Source: Octopus vulgaris (Eukaryota). Taken from it: a stretch of 64,000 nucleotides of DNA. The notes under the pieces were generated by a model. The model had not been told where the DNA came from. It worked only from the letters and a program-made list of their open reading frames with translations, and ran no database searches. Shown here one piece after another: positions 40,189-53,898 of this stretch. The stretch lies in NCBI GenBank assembly GCA_951406725.2, contig OX597834.1:13764001-13828000 (forward strand), in the 5' to 3' direction. The translations under genes were made by a program, and so were the position numbers. Numbering within the stretch: the stretch's first letter is position 1; every line of letters begins with the position of its first letter.

Positions 40189-40424
40189 ACGCAGGGGTGG
40201 CTTTGTGGTAAGTAGCTTGCTAACCAACCATATGGTTCCGGGTTCAGTCCCACTGCATGGCATCTTGGGCAAGTGCCTTCTGCTATAGCCCCAGGCCGAC
40301 CAATGCCTTGTGAGTGTATTTGGAAGACGGAAACTGAAAGAAGGCTGTCTTATATATGTATATATATATATGTATATATATATATATAGATAGATTTATA
40401 CATAGATATATGTATATGTATATA

Positions 40425-40469
<45 letters not shown>

Positions 40470-40690
40470 GTGTGTATGTATTTGTATGTCTGTGTATGTG
40501 TTTGTGTCTGTGTCTAGCATTGCTTGACAACCGATGCTGGTGTGTTTACGTCCCCGTCACTTAGTGGTTCGGCAAAAGAGACCGATAGAATAAGTACTGG
40601 GCTTACAAAGAATAAGACTTGCTCGACTAAAGGCGGTGCCCCAGCATGGCTGCAGTCAAATGACTGAAACAAGTAAAAGAGTAAAGAGTA
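40189..40690 (+). mobile_element. SINE family A
   Basis: as 145-556. Confidence 0.85.
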
Positions 40691-40804
40691 CCTGATAGAG
40701 GTTTTACGTGTTTTAACTATTAAATAACGATTGCAAGGCGGTTTACCCACAGTAATACAACTTCTTGTAATGAGAAGAATATGTAATGTGTATGCTTTTT
40801 TTTT

Positions 40805-41103
40805 ATGCGCTCTCTTCAAGCCTAGCCAGGCTCATGAGCCCGGTTTCCCCGGTGTATGTGTTCCCCCGAGCAGGAAAGGAAGCCAGTCCATCGCAGCGTT
40901 ACTCGAGAAACAGGAAGAAAGAGTGAGAAACATTTGGAGCGAAAGAGTACAATAAGGATCGCCACCACCCCCTTAGCAGAGCGTCGTGGAGCTTTAGGTG
41001 TTTTTCTTCAGTAAATACACACAATTCTCGGCCTGGGAATCGAAACCGCGATGATTCCACCTGGAGTCCGCTGCCCTAACCACTGGGCCATTGCGCCTCC
41101 ACA
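40805..41103 (-). mobile_element. SINE family C head with tail shared with 47801 element
   Basis: gtggaggcgcaatggcccagtggttaggg head; tail gagcctggctaggctt. Confidence 0.8.
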
Positions 41104-41238
41104 ATATATATGTTTACTATACATTAATAAATATAACAAATATTAGGCATAACTGATTTGCAGTTGATTTACCTATATATTATACTCTATAAAAGAACAC
41201 TAATATCTCATTAATATTATTATCATGATTGCTTGCGA

Positions 41239-41407
41239 AGGCAGCGAGCTGGCAGAGACGTTAGCACGCCAAGCGAAAATGATTAGAGGTATTTCGTCTG
41301 TCATAACGTTCTGACTTCAAATTCCCCAAAGGGTGACTTTTCTTTTCATCCTTTCGGGGTCGATAAATAAAGCACCAGTTCCGCACTGGGGTCGATGTAA
41401 TTAACTT
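41239..41407 (+). mobile_element. SINE family B, diverged partial
   Basis: ggcagcgagctggcag head and core. Confidence 0.75.
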
Positions 41408-41474
41408 AAACTAATACACTTGTTTGTTGTTTACACACCTATCTCCGTCGTTTGTTTTTTTTAGTAAATTTAAA

Positions 41475-41495
41475 ATGTATATATATATGTGTATA

Positions 41496-41562
<67 letters not shown>

Positions 41563-41839
41563 ATGTGTATGTGTGTGTATGTATATGTATGTATGTGTGT
41601 GTGTGTGTATATGTATATATATATATATATGTATATATCTGTATATATATATATGTATATGTATATGTATATATATATATGTGTGTGTATATATATATGT
41701 GTGTATGTATGTGTATGTATGTATATATGTGTGTGTATGTGTATGTGTATATGTACATATACGTGTACGCTCGTGTGTTTATGTATATGTAGGTACGTAG
41801 AGTTATGTATGTGTGTATGTATATGTACAATTGTGTAGG

Positions 41840-41880
<41 letters not shown>

Positions 41881-42260
41881 AAGTTTATATGTATATATCC
41901 GTCTGTATAATAGGTAACTGCACGTATATATACTTAATATTTATTATTTATTTTTTGAGTATGCATGTATGTATATGAATAGCTGCACGTATATATATTT
42001 TATTATTATATATTTTATTATTATTTATTTTTTGAGTATGCATGTAAGTATGAACACAAGGAGGCGCGTGTGTGTGTGTGTATGTGTAAGCATATGTATA
42101 GATATATGTATACTTTTACGCATGTGTGTACTAATGTGTATATATGGATGCGCGTGTGTGTGTGTGTATGGGTACGCATGTATATGTGTATGTGTGTGTA
42201 TATGTATATGTGTATGTATGTGTGTGTGTATATATGTATATGTATGTATGTATATGTATG

Positions 42261-42307
<47 letters not shown>

Positions 42308-42446
42308 ACATGTATATATATGTGTGTATGTGTATGTATGTGTATGCATGCGCGTATATGTATGTATATGTATACGTGTGGGTGTGTGTATGTGTATATA
42401 TGTATGTATGGGTGTATGTATGTATGTATATATACGTATATATATA

Positions 42447-42489
<43 letters not shown>

Positions 42490-42530
42490 TTGTATGTAGG
42501 TGTATATGTATGTGTGTATATATATTTATT
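41475..42530. repeat. compound TA/TG microsatellite field
   Basis: ~1 kb of alternating purine-pyrimidine sequence. Confidence 0.9.
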
Positions 42531-42752
42531 GGTGTATAGGTATAAGTGAGAATCTCCTTATTTACCTAAAACTCTATTCTTCTATATATTTTGTTATTCT
42601 TTTATTTATTCTTTTATCTAATTTACCACTGACTCCTTGACCACTCCCCCAAGCATGATATTTTTGCGCTATGCCTACCCCCAAAAAGTCCCCCACCACC
42701 ACCCCTTTAAACCTGCCTAAATGTATAAATGCCAGTACAATTCTTGTTAACT

Positions 42753-42803
42753 AGCTTCCTGAAGATTTCTCTTGAATGAAACAGTTCTAGTCCTGTAGAA
42801 GCT
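42753..42803 (+). ncRNA. type I hammerhead ribozyme motif
   Basis: agcttc-CTGAAGA-tttc-tctt-gaat-GAAA-cag..ctg-TA-gaagct; followed by AATAAA and (TA)n/(TAGA)n. Confidence 0.7.
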
Positions 42804-42886
42804 CCTTCTATATAATAAATTAATTTTACTCTGCTATGTATTGAGTACCTTATTTACTGTGGTTAACCCCGAATCAACCCGGGACC

Positions 42887-42994
<108 letters not shown>

Positions 42995-44214
42995 TATATA
43001 TAGATAGATAGATATATAGATAGATATAGATATAGATATACATGCACACACATGCACACATACATGTGTATATATATATATATATATATATACAAGATAA
43101 GAAAATGGAGAAATACATCTAAATCAAATATCAATTACCAGATAATACTCAATCACATACTTTATTAAACCACCATATAAGAGACTGTAGGGTTAGATAT
43201 AGAAAGCAGAACAAATCAGTGTACATAAAGGAATGTACATAAAAAAGTGTACATAAAAAAGTAATATTATATAATAAGTAGAATATATATAAAAGAGAAT
43301 ATAAATATAAGTAAATATAAATATAAGTATAGATTACATCTTACAGCTGTTTCGGCCATGTAGGTAAGTATGTCTCATTTTACCAATATTAGCCCTTTAT
43401 GGTAGGTCAATATATAGATATAAATGTGCATTTACAACCCCTATCTCAATTTACATATATATATATATATATATACATATATATGTTTGCGGACAATAAT
43501 ATAGAAAATTAGAATGTTTAAAACAAATGCGCAAATATATACGCTATACACATTTGAATCGGATTGTACTTAGGCATTAGAATGTTAATTTTTAAATTAA
43601 AAATTACAAAAGAGAGAAAAATTAACAATTAGTTTTTACTTACGTAGTAGGAACAAAGAGCAGAATCAGACACAATATTATAGTAGTGTTTGCCATAGTC
43701 TTCAAGTGGAGAAAATACTTCTCTATGAAAAAACTGAGCGATATCAAGGAAGACGTCTGCCTTTAAACAAAGTATGGGTGCGGATAATGTTACGTACATC
43801 AGTAAAATGTACGTAACTACCGGCTGACTAATAAAAACTAATCACGCAGGCACACATATACACACGGACGCGCAGACGCACACACGAACACACACACATA
43901 CACATACACACACATGATAGTTTCACTTTCTAAGATTTTACAAAATTTTCTCGTAAAAGAAATCATGGGGTTTTCTCTTACGAAATGGAAAATCCCCGAA
44001 ACGTTAAATATAAACGCCAATATATTTAATTAAAACTCTCATGCAAGCATTCACACACAAACACATACTCGCCAAAAGTTTGGAACATGTTGTTTTTTTT
44101 TAAATTAACGTGATTAAGCCCAAGAACAATTCGATTCAAATGTTTATATACGTGTGTGTTTGTTTGTGTGCATGTATACATATATACATACACATACACA
44201 CACAGATACATACG

Positions 44215-44252
<38 letters not shown>

Positions 44253-44279
44253 CATATATATAATTATAATAATAATATT

Positions 44280-44660
44280 GTGGAGGCGCAATCGCCCAGT
44301 GGTTAGAGCAGCGGACTCGCGGTCGTAGGATCGCGGTTTCGATTCCCAGACCGGGCGTTTTGAGTGTTTATTGAGCGAAAACACCTAAAGCTCCACGAGG
44401 CTCCGACAGGGGATGGTGGTGATCCCTGCTGTACTCTTTCATCACAACTTTCTCTCACTCTTACTTCCTGTTTCTGTTGTACCTGTATTTCAAAGGGCCG
44501 GCCTTGTCACTCTCTGTGTCACGCTGAATATCCCCGAGAACTACGTTAAGGGTACACGTGTCTGTGGATGCTCAGCCACTTACACGTTAATTTCACGAGC
44601 AGGCTGTTCCGTTGATTCGGATCAACCGGAACCCTCATCCTCGTAACCGACTGACTGCTT
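44280..44660 (+). mobile_element. tRNA-derived SINE family C, full length
   Basis: tRNA-like head (cccagtggttagagcagcgg; ggtttcgattccc); 3' half shared with family D. Confidence 0.9.
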
Positions 44661-44975
44661 CCATCCAGTTCATAAGTGTTATCTTTTTAAATCAAACTAC
44701 ATCTGCTGACAGATGAGTTGAGTCCATAAAATAGGATTTGTCTGCACCTCCATTTAGAGCACATTCTAAGCTATCTTTTCGTGGGAAAAGGTTTATGTTT
44801 CTATAACCAGCGTTCATTCTGTAACCCTTTAAAATGGAAGACAAGAAAGTTCATTTTCGGCAATTGATGCTTCGGGAACCAAGAAAAAATTGCTGCAACT
44901 CGACTGGGATGTGTTACCCCACCCCCACCAAAATTGATACATTTTGCACATGTGTGTGTGTATGGTGCCTGTGTA

Positions 44976-45009
<34 letters not shown>

Positions 45010-45580
45010 ATAGATAGAGAGAGAGTTTCAATTTGTTATACCTCAATTGTTTATATCTCAATTGTGTGAATATTTGACCTCATTCTATGAGGATGAGTCA
45101 ACAACAACTCAACAAAGAGAATTTCGTAGAAATTCAGATTGCACTATTTACGAAATCAATCAAGTGCATCAGGGTGTATCAACAAAGCGTATTTTTTGCA
45201 ACGTAAAAGCCCGAACACTCTGTGCTGGCTAAAATTAAAACGTGTGCATGTGTGTGAGAGACGAAGCGAGAGAGCATGTATGTGTGTGTGTGTGTGTGTG
45301 TTGCTGTGGGTGTGTATGTGTGTGTGAGCGTAATATGTATTCTCACTGTGTTTTCCAAATATTCATATTGCTCTATTCGTCACAGTTGTTGGTTTTAGGT
45401 GGTATATGCTATATGCTTCACAATCTAGCAAGTGACCTTTACACATAAAAGTAGCTATATACCTCGAAAAATTTCATTCGAGTGCTTACCTGTGCCTTCC
45501 TATCGATAACTTCCAATATGACGTCCAAATTTATAGGTTGTTTCTTCGTCGCTTTATTTCATTTGTAAGTAACCGCTATA

Positions 45581-45778
45581 TACTCTTACTCTTTCCTCTT
45601 TTACTTGTTTCAGTCATTTGACTGAGCCTTTAGTCGAGCAAATCGACCCCGGGACTTATTTTTGTAAGCCCAGTACTTATTATATCGGTCTCTTTTGCCG
45701 AACCGCTAAGTGACGGGGACGTAAACACACCAGCATCGGTTGTCAAGCAATGCTAGGGAGACAAACACAGACACACAA

Positions 45779-45829
<51 letters not shown>

Positions 45830-46001
45830 CATATATACGACAGGCTTCTTTCAGTTTCCGTCTACCAAATCCACTCACAAAGCTTTGGTCGGCCCGGGGC
45901 TATAGCAGAAGACACTTGCCCAAGATGCCACGCAGTGGGACTGAACCCGCAACCATATGGTTGGTTAGCAAGCTACTTACCACACAGCTACTCCTGCGCC
46001 T
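45581..46001 (-). mobile_element. SINE family A
   Basis: reverse complement of 145-556. Confidence 0.9.
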
Positions 46002-46184
46002 ATGTTTCCTTTGCTCGTTCTTTTTTTTTTCATTTTTTGTATTATTTCGTTTTCGTTTTCTAGCATTTGTTTTCGTTAAATAACAACGAAAATTGCTGTG
46101 TGATAGAGAAAAAGAAAAAAAAAAACCGCTATTTCTAGAACAAAAAAATAATTTTGTATTCATTATTTATAGATTAATTAAGCT

Positions 46185-46690
46185 GGGCAGCTGTCAGAAA
46201 CTTTAGCACTCAGGGCGAAATGCATACCAGTATTTCGCCTGCCGCTACGTTCTGAGTTCAAATTCCGCCGAGGTCGACTTTGCCTTTCATCCTTTCGGGG
46301 TCGATTAAATAAGTACCAGTTACGCACTAGGGTCGATATAATCGACTTAATCCGTTTGTTTGTCCTTGTTCGTCCTCTCTGTGTTTAGCCCCTTGTGGGT
46401 AGTAAAGAAATAAGTATTTCGCCTGCCGCTACGTTCTGAGTTCAAATTCCGCCGAGGTCGACTTTGCCTTTCATCCTTTCGGGGTCGATTAAATAAGTAC
46501 CAGTTACGCACTAGGGTCGATATGATCGACTTAATCCGTTTGTCTGTCCTTGTTCGTCCTCTCTGTGTTTAGCCCCTTGTGGGTAGTAAAGAAATAAGTA
46601 TTTCGCCTGCCGCTACGTTCTGAGTTCAAATTCAGCCGAAGTCCAACTAACCTTTCACCCCATCGGGGGGTCCATAAAATTAGTACCAGT
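46185..46690 (+). mobile_element. SINE family B, tandem multimer (184-bp period)
   Basis: tatttcgcctgccg at 46231, 46415, 46599. Confidence 0.9.
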
Positions 46691-46822
46691 TGCACATTGG
46701 CTCCAGTATAAATATGGAAGTATATGGTTATTTTATAGGAGAAATACTCGCAATTCAAACAATAACGTATATTGTTACTTCTCCTCGAGCGCATATCTAA
46801 ATGCTACTTATTTTATTATAAA

Positions 46823-46856
46823 CTAGCATTAAAGACCCGTCGTTTCCGGGTCATAG
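46823..46856 (-). mobile_element. Helitron-like 3' terminus
   Basis: minus: gacccg-gaaacga-cgggtc hairpin, short spacer, CTAG-T; 5' end not located. Confidence 0.45.
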
Positions 46857-47800
46857 TAATAGTGCATGTATATATGTGTATATATATGTGTACATATTAC
46901 ATGTACATCTATATATATATATATCTACACATGAAATACAAAATACAAAGTTATATCTTGATATCCCTAGTGATAACAGTACTCAAAATATATAACAGAC
47001 TGGAATTGTTAGCGCGACTCTTGTAATTTCGATCAACTGTATCTTGTCCTCCCTCTTGTATAGAAGTGTGGCAACAATCCAGCCTACCTCTACTTATGGG
47101 GGGGGGGGATTTTAAATTTTTTCCGGGATGTCCTACGTCCCAGATATAAAGGTAAAAATAAAATATTTCCACTTTGCAAGTTCGAGTCGAATACTCCCTT
47201 GCACGCTCCGTTGACTCGAACCTTTGTTCTATTGTGGCGAATTTACCACCTCTGATTAGATACCTTTCATAGCCGCACCAAGACAATTTTCGAAGGTGCT
47301 TTCCTCCATGAGTTCAAATCTTCTTTTTTCTCTACATTGTATACTTTATAGACAACAGTCTTTTCTTTAATTTAATTTTTTTATTATCCATCTGAACTAT
47401 TTCTGTACGCTAATTTTATTTTTAATTAATTCCCATTCATGTGAAACCACCTATTCAAGTTCAAGTCATTGATGCAATTTTATACCAATTGCTATTTTTA
47501 CTTTTGTTATGTTACGATTATATTATACTTTTCAGCAAAATTATGTGGGAATACATCTGAAAATTCTCTAAGTTTATGAAGATGGAAAGAAACAAAGACA
47601 CAATGAATTGCTTTAAAAGGAGAATTCTCAAAGACAATGGACAGAATGCTTAATCATGACTGATCAGGATGAAGGTCTCTAGATGAGAATTATAAACTGT
47701 AGGGCAGGAAGGAGTCAATGTGTTGCCAGTGAACCACATTATAATTGAATGTTCCAAATTCGCACAGAGCCAATACATATACTAATAGATAAAATAAATG

Positions 47801-48044
47801 CCCCCTTTTAAAGCCTAGCCAGGCTCAAGGGCCCGGTATCCCGGTTTCTATGGCGTATGTGTTCCCAGCTGGACGGGGCGCCTGTCCATCGCAGCGTTGC
47901 TTATTTTTGCCAGCTGAGTGGACTGGAGCAACGTGAAATGAAGTGTTTTGCTCAAGGACACAATGCGTTTCCCGGCCCAGGAATCGAAACCACAATCTTA
48001 CGATCATGATGATGATACTTAACCACTAAGCCACGCACCTCCAC
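47801..48044 (-). mobile_element. SINE family D-type head with ctgcgatggac-type tail
   Basis: gtggcttagtggttaag head, tgtgtccttgagcaaaacactt core, tail as 40805. Confidence 0.8.
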
Positions 48045-48100
48045 AATACATATACTGGAGAAATGATAATGTTGCGTAGAAACATACACACACACGGTAA

Positions 48101-48498
48101 TCTTTATATATAAAAGTCAAGTTGTGTGTCTGTCTCCTACGATTTAGATTCCTAACTACTCCCATATTTTGCGGTGCAGTGTAACCAAAAGCGGGTATCT
48201 TATAATCGTGGTTCATATCGAGCCCTTCTGGGTATTAGCGCGCGTCTACGATGAGTCTACGATTTTAAAAATAATTTACCATTATTTTTTCCATTTTAAT
48301 GCATTTTTTCGCTATTATATAAGGGAAGTAACTCTCTAAAAATGTCTACGATGAGTCAACGATTTAAAAAAAAACTTACCATCATTTTCTTTTCCATTTT
48401 GAATGCATTTTTTGGCTATTTTTGGGCTATAACTCTCTAAAAATGCTTATATAGTTATTTCCCTTACAAACCCGAGCAACGCCGGGGGATACTGCTAG
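48101..48498 (+). mobile_element. non-autonomous Helitron
   Basis: A|TC...hairpin...CTAG|T; near-identical to 13761-14061 plus internal duplication. Confidence 0.8.
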
Positions 48499-48913
48499 TA
48501 TGATGATAAATCTACTTACATGCGCGTAATAGTACTTGGACCACTTCGATCATGAATGACCATCTGACTGCATCTAAAATGTTTACCCCGAAGCACAAGT
48601 CTGAGAAAAGTTGCTTAGGCAAGACCAGCAGTCGCCCTTGCATAGAAGAATTCCGCCTCCACTCCAGCAATATTATCCAATGAAAAGGCAAAGGGGCCGA
48701 TGCAGCTACGCCCCAGTAACGTTGCAACTCATTTCCAGGGCTGAGTAAACTAGAGCAAATTGAAATAAAGTGTCTTACGCAAAAACACAACAAACAGCGC
48801 CGTCCGGGAATGGAACTCACTACCTTTTGATTGTGAGCCCGACACTCTAATTACTCAGCCATGCGCATATTAATGGCAATAACATCTCACTCAAAAATTT
48901 CTTCATTCTTCAG

Positions 48914-48934
48914 CAGATCTTACTCCACGTTGAG
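48914..48934 (+). CDS. candidate 21-nt micro-exon (copy 1)
   Basis: ttcttcattcttcag | cagatcttactccacgttgag | gtagga; inside duplicated block 48867-49133. Confidence 0.35.
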
Positions 48935-49196
48935 GTAGGAGAATAGATCACCTCTCCTCACTCCTGTGCAGGAAGTATTTATGTTTAAATATTTGTGGAA
49001 TATATTATAGGTAGTGAACGACTGTAATTTCACATTGTTTCAAAAGTTTCTTAACTCTTCTGAGAAAGGAAAATGGTAATGTAGTAGATCTTCCTTCGTG
49101 ACTATAAGCGTCGTTGATTATCTGTTAAGATATGCACCTGGACACATATATCATACTATACGTATTATAATAGCACATACACATATGAATTCACAC

Positions 49197-49228
<32 letters not shown>

Positions 49229-51265
49229 CTACACTCACACACACACATAATATATATCAATAGGAAAGATGAGAAAACAGATTTGTTTTACAGGATTTAA
49301 AAGTATATTAAAGCAATGGTAAAGATATACAATTTTGTACAAAATAAGGATATGTACTTTGGACGTAATTGAAGTACTGAGAGTTGAAAAATATATATTG
49401 CAAAAGGAGATAATTACTAATATATGTAGAAGAAAAAAATTCTAAGGGAGATAATTGTTTACTCATTTATTTTGCAGTAAAGGGGAGGTAAAGCTGTAAT
49501 TTAAATTTTAGCTTTGTTTTTGTTTTGGTTTCTGTTTTCTCTATTTTATTCTGGCTTATATCTTACATTAGATGATGTAAATCATTTATTTTTCATTTGG
49601 GTTGTTATGGTAGCGATGATTAATTATGGAGGTTAATGAATGTATGAATGATGAATTATCATTCCCACACTGTTTTGTCTGTTATTTACATTTCTTCTTG
49701 CATGGGGTGTTCCTAATACCAGCTTTCGAATTATTTTATGGGGTTTAGTGTAACTGACGATCAACTGCAACAAGTATGTGAATCTGAGGAGGGAATAAAA
49801 TGTTGAATAAAATCATAAGGAACTGATCCTCCCTTATTTTCTTTTGCCCAACGCCACAAATTTTTCAGCACCTTCTCCTATTTTTCTTCTAGAACCTTCT
49901 CCAGTTTTACTAACAAAGAACTCCTGATAATGCAGTACAAATCGAGAAGGCATGCGTGGGAGAACTTCTTTATGAGGTATGTTTTCTTTGGGTTTTTTAT
50001 AGAGTAGAAAAATTCCATTTAACACGCATGTATATACGTGTATGTTAAAATCGATTCTTATAAATTTTGAATTTTTTTTCAGAGATCAATTCTTCGTCAG
50101 TTGCTTGTGTGATAATATATGATAATGAATGTAACTATTATGTTATCTGTAGGTGAAAATATATTAGAAAATCTTCTACTATAATGAAAGTTTAGGGAAC
50201 ATTCTTTGAAGTTCTTGGTATTATATACATCGCTATATTAAACTTTTACAATTGTGATACGTTATCTAGATGTATACTAATAGGAATATTCTTCACCATT
50301 ATTTACATTCAATGGGGACAGAAATATTAAAGATGCACTCTTGCTAAGCTATGTAAATACTAAATATATTTAGTTTGCATTTTGGAAATGTTAAATATTC
50401 ACGGTAATAGTTCGATCAGGAACGACACGGTTTTCTCACTTCTTCATGGAAATACATTACAGAGAGGTTTCCCTGATTACTGCATGCAATGTCAGAAATC
50501 GGATTTCTAAATTAGCACATGAGTGAGACTTAATTCAGTGTTGAATCTTTTTCGGTGTAAATATTTGTTTTGCGAAAGGAAAGTTTAAATCTTGTTAGGT
50601 ACAAGGAGAATGATGAATGCAGATGTAAGTTATATATTCCAAAGTTAATATAATAGTAATTTCAATCATAATATATATTTAAAGAACGAAAAATGTTTTG
50701 CATGTATCTTCAAACAACAATACCTTGTGTCGCTCACTGGATTATTACCAGGGAGATACATGATACGGTTTTATGTTTATTATGTGAGATCGATTACCAA
50801 GTAAATGCATCCAGCTTTTATATGTACAGTAAAATATGTATTTGTCTTAAGGCCATTTGTTTTTAACCATATAGTATGTCATACCTTTCCAAATAAACTA
50901 TTATGTAGTGGAACCTTGTTTGTTATGAATACCCTGAATAACTTGTGAATCAAGACACACTAACATGCATTGATGCTCGTATGAATTTTATATTTTTCCT
51001 GTGGCTTGATGTTATGGAAATAAACAATGAGAAGATGAGTCGCAATATAAGATTATGTAAGGCTAAATCTGAATGAAATAAAATCATGAAGGATTAATCA
51101 GAAAGATTCTCCAATGAGAAAACTTATTAGTCAAGTCCATCTCTCATTAACAGATAATTTATGAAGTTCATGACTGCTAAATTTAGATGAAGCTTTTCAT
51201 GCTAGAAAAAATATGTTGATATTAATGGCAATAACATCTCACTCAAAAATTTCTTCATTCTTCAG

Positions 51266-51286
51266 CAGATATTACTCCACGTTGAG
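51266..51286 (+). CDS. candidate 21-nt micro-exon (copy 2)
   Basis: same splice context; phase-2 reading RYYSTLR joins the next exon in frame. Confidence 0.4.
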
Positions 51287-51565
51287 GTAGGAGAATAGAT
51301 CACCTCTCCTCACTCCCGTGCAGGAAGTATTTATGTTTAAATATTTGTGGAATATATTATAGGTAGTGAACGACTGTAATTTCACATTGTTTCAAAAGTT
51401 TCTTAATTCTTCTGAGAAAGGAAAATGGTAGTGTAGTAGATCTTCCTTCGTGACTATAAGCGTCGTTGATTATCTGTTAAGATATTTCCCATTGTACTAT
51501 GAAAAGGGAGACCGTCTGGGAGTTAGGTCATAAGAAGGAATCACTCGAAACTGTAATACTTAAAG

Positions 51566-51784
51566 CAGTGGTTTTCAACCAAGGTTTCGTGGAAGCTTAG
51601 GGTTCCGCCAGTACAGTCCAGGGGTTCCGCAAGAACTTACAAAAATGCAAAAATCGACAGTAATTTTAAATTCTCCTGTGCAGATATGTGTGCATAAGAC
51701 AATTAAATTACTGCACAGGGGTTCCTCGAGCCTGTGGAATGTTTCGTTGGGGTTCCACTCCAGCAAAAAGGTTGAAAAGCACTG
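51566..51784. mobile_element. hAT (Charlie-like) MITE
   Basis: TIRs cagtggttttcaacc / ggttgaaaagcactg; 8-bp TSD acttaaag. Confidence 0.9.
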
Positions 51785-52013
51785 ACTTAAAGTATAGTTG
51801 GACCTCGTCAATTCTGTAAAGTAAGCGACCGATGCACCGAAGATGAGTTTATTTATAAATATTATAGCATGCTGTTTGTTCCATCATAAACTCTGAGGAA
51901 ATGCAGTTTTGCCGTTGTTTAACCGGTTCTCTCGTTAATACACCTCTTTATATATAATTATAAGATATGAAAGATGACGTAAAATAATTCCTTAAATTGT
52001 TTATATATTGCAG

Positions 52014-52109
52014 GTGGGCAAAGTGTTATCAGAACGAGCTATGGAAGGAAAAGTTGTCGTTTTCGTATGCTATTGTAATGGATGCAATGGAAAGACAATG
52101 GCATAGAGA
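52014..52109 (+). CDS. internal coding exon, unidentified protein (96 nt, phase 2-2)
   Basis: tttatatattgcag | ... | gtaagt; WAKCYQNELWKEKLSFSYAIVMDAMERQWHR. Confidence 0.6.
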
Positions 52110-52759
52110 GTAAGTAGATCTGAATCTCATTTTATATGCATACGAGCAAAACGCCCCCCCCCCCCATCCACTGGACGGTTCTGAGTTGTCAAACATTTAA
52201 ACCAAATTTTCTCAAAACAACTTGTTCAACCCTCCCATAGCCCCTCCTTTGAGAAACACTGATTTAACCTAAATTTGAGACACCATCAAAAGAATACATA
52301 AATATAGACTTATTTTCTATTCCAAAGAAAAACGATTTATTTCTCACAAATATGCAACCGAAGAGTTTAAAGTACCAGTAATTATAACTGGAAGACTGGG
52401 AGAACACGCTTTAAACAGTAAAACCAAATTGTCTTTCCTTACTTCATGCCAAGTTTGAAGAAAATATCCCTTTTGCATCTTACTTTTTTGGTCTCTTAAA
52501 TATACTGGATTTTGTGGCATTTTTTAAAGCCAGCAGGCTTTTTTGGCGCGAACTGCACTTGCATTTTTCTCGCGTACGCGTAGCATCGATCGCAATAGGA
52601 AAATATGTGTAAATTTAGTTTTCAGTAACCATGCCCCTTGCATTTTTCAATACAAGGTCTGTATTAAGCATGTTACTGATCAGATGACAAACATTTTCTT
52701 GAGGAATTTCTTGCCAAGTAATCTCAAACGATCTGTTTTCAAGATGATTTTTCTTGTTT

Positions 52760-53440
52760 ATATGAAAATCCAGTCTATTATATCCAAGATATGTTCAACA
52801 AGGTGCATATCCGGTGACTGGCTTGGCCATGAAAGGTTTTTAATGCCATTCTTATCCAACAAATCCTGGGTCATTTTAGTCATGTAACAAGGAGCGCCAT
52901 CTTCAATAAATAAAGAATATTTTTTAATCATTTCACCACTGAAGAAGATTGGAGGGAGTCCTTTCCGAAATGTAGACATATTTATCTGAGTTTATGTTTC
53001 CCTTACACCCCATATGCTTTGTTGAACCATTGCTCTAAATTGCTTCCCAGATCATCCCAGAATAGCTGCCGAGGTTCGTTGTTGGTTGCAATATATTCAC
53101 ATAAAATGCTTGATCACAGAGTCTCCAGACCCACACGCGGCTACTGTCCGGAAATGCAGCAAATCTGGACTCAACAAAGAATATGAGAGTGTCTCAAAAT
53201 GCTAGTGTTCTCTCCACCAACTCACTGGCCCAATATTTTGGCTGGACAAAGCCGTGGCTTCCTTCCGAAGACGTGGCTTCTTTCTTACTGCTCTGCCATA
53301 GTATCCAGAGATAAGAATAAGTCGATGTCGGGCCACCTAAATTCTTCGGTTCTAATCACACGAATTACTATGTGTGAGGTGTGGTTGACAGAGATACCAA
53401 CCACTCTGACGGCAATATGACGGACATTAAAGAGCTTATT
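52760..53440 (-). mobile_element. degenerate Tc1-like transposase relic
   Basis: FIEDGAPCY...WPSQSPDMHLVEHI (DD34E-type); RVWVWR and MIW relics upstream. Confidence 0.75.
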
Positions 53441-53473
53441 GAGGAACCACGTGAGTATTTATATATAAAAAAA

Positions 53474-53898
53474 GGGGCTAAAAGCTACAGTAACACCCAC
53501 CCTTAGTGGTTAGCCATATTGAGATGGCTAGTATCCTTTACGTTGTCGAGCGGTTACTGTTTACATCTCGTTCAGAGATTTATTATTGCTTTCAGACAGT
53601 TTTTCGAAATCAATAACAGTGGTTACTGGGAAAAACATTAAATAGATATTCGCAAACAGGTCTCTCCCATCGAAAACCGGTGGTTACCGTAGGTTGACAA
53701 GAGGCCCATTACCTTGAAACTGCAGTCCGTGCGTATCACTTAGGTTTACGAGAGAGGGATGACCTCCCTTTGCAAATATCATAAGGACACAGAAAGTGTG
53801 TGTAAAGCCAGCTGGAGAAGATGATCTCCTGGGGCTAAGAGCTACAGTAACACCCACCCTTAGTGGTTAGCCATATTGAAATGACAAGTATACTTTAC
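53474..53898 (+). mobile_element. 357-bp unit with 68-bp terminal direct repeat and internal hammerhead (retrozyme/pLTR-like)
   Basis: repeats 53474-53541 and 53831-53898. Confidence 0.6.
53688..53733 (+). ncRNA. type I hammerhead motif with U3-A8 covariation
   Basis: cgtagg-TTGACAA-gagg-cccatta-cctt-GAAA-ctgcag-TC-cgtgcg. Confidence 0.6.

Noticed and set aside
43337-43357. Minus-strand ggccGAAAcagctgTAagatg half-hammerhead
   Set aside because: 5' half absent; truncated remnant only
44280-44356. tRNA gene
   Set aside because: tRNA-like SINE head continuing into SINE body; no complete cloverleaf
46231-46690. CRISPR-like or satellite array
   Set aside because: No spacers; it is a SINE multimer in eukaryotic DNA
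50599-50625. 26-nt candidate exon (ttgttag|gtacaagg...gcagat|gtaagt)
   Set aside because: Length incompatible with the phase-2 chain; phase-0 alternative (MMNADQILLHVE...CYCNGCNGKTMA) stops within exon 52014; left unresolved
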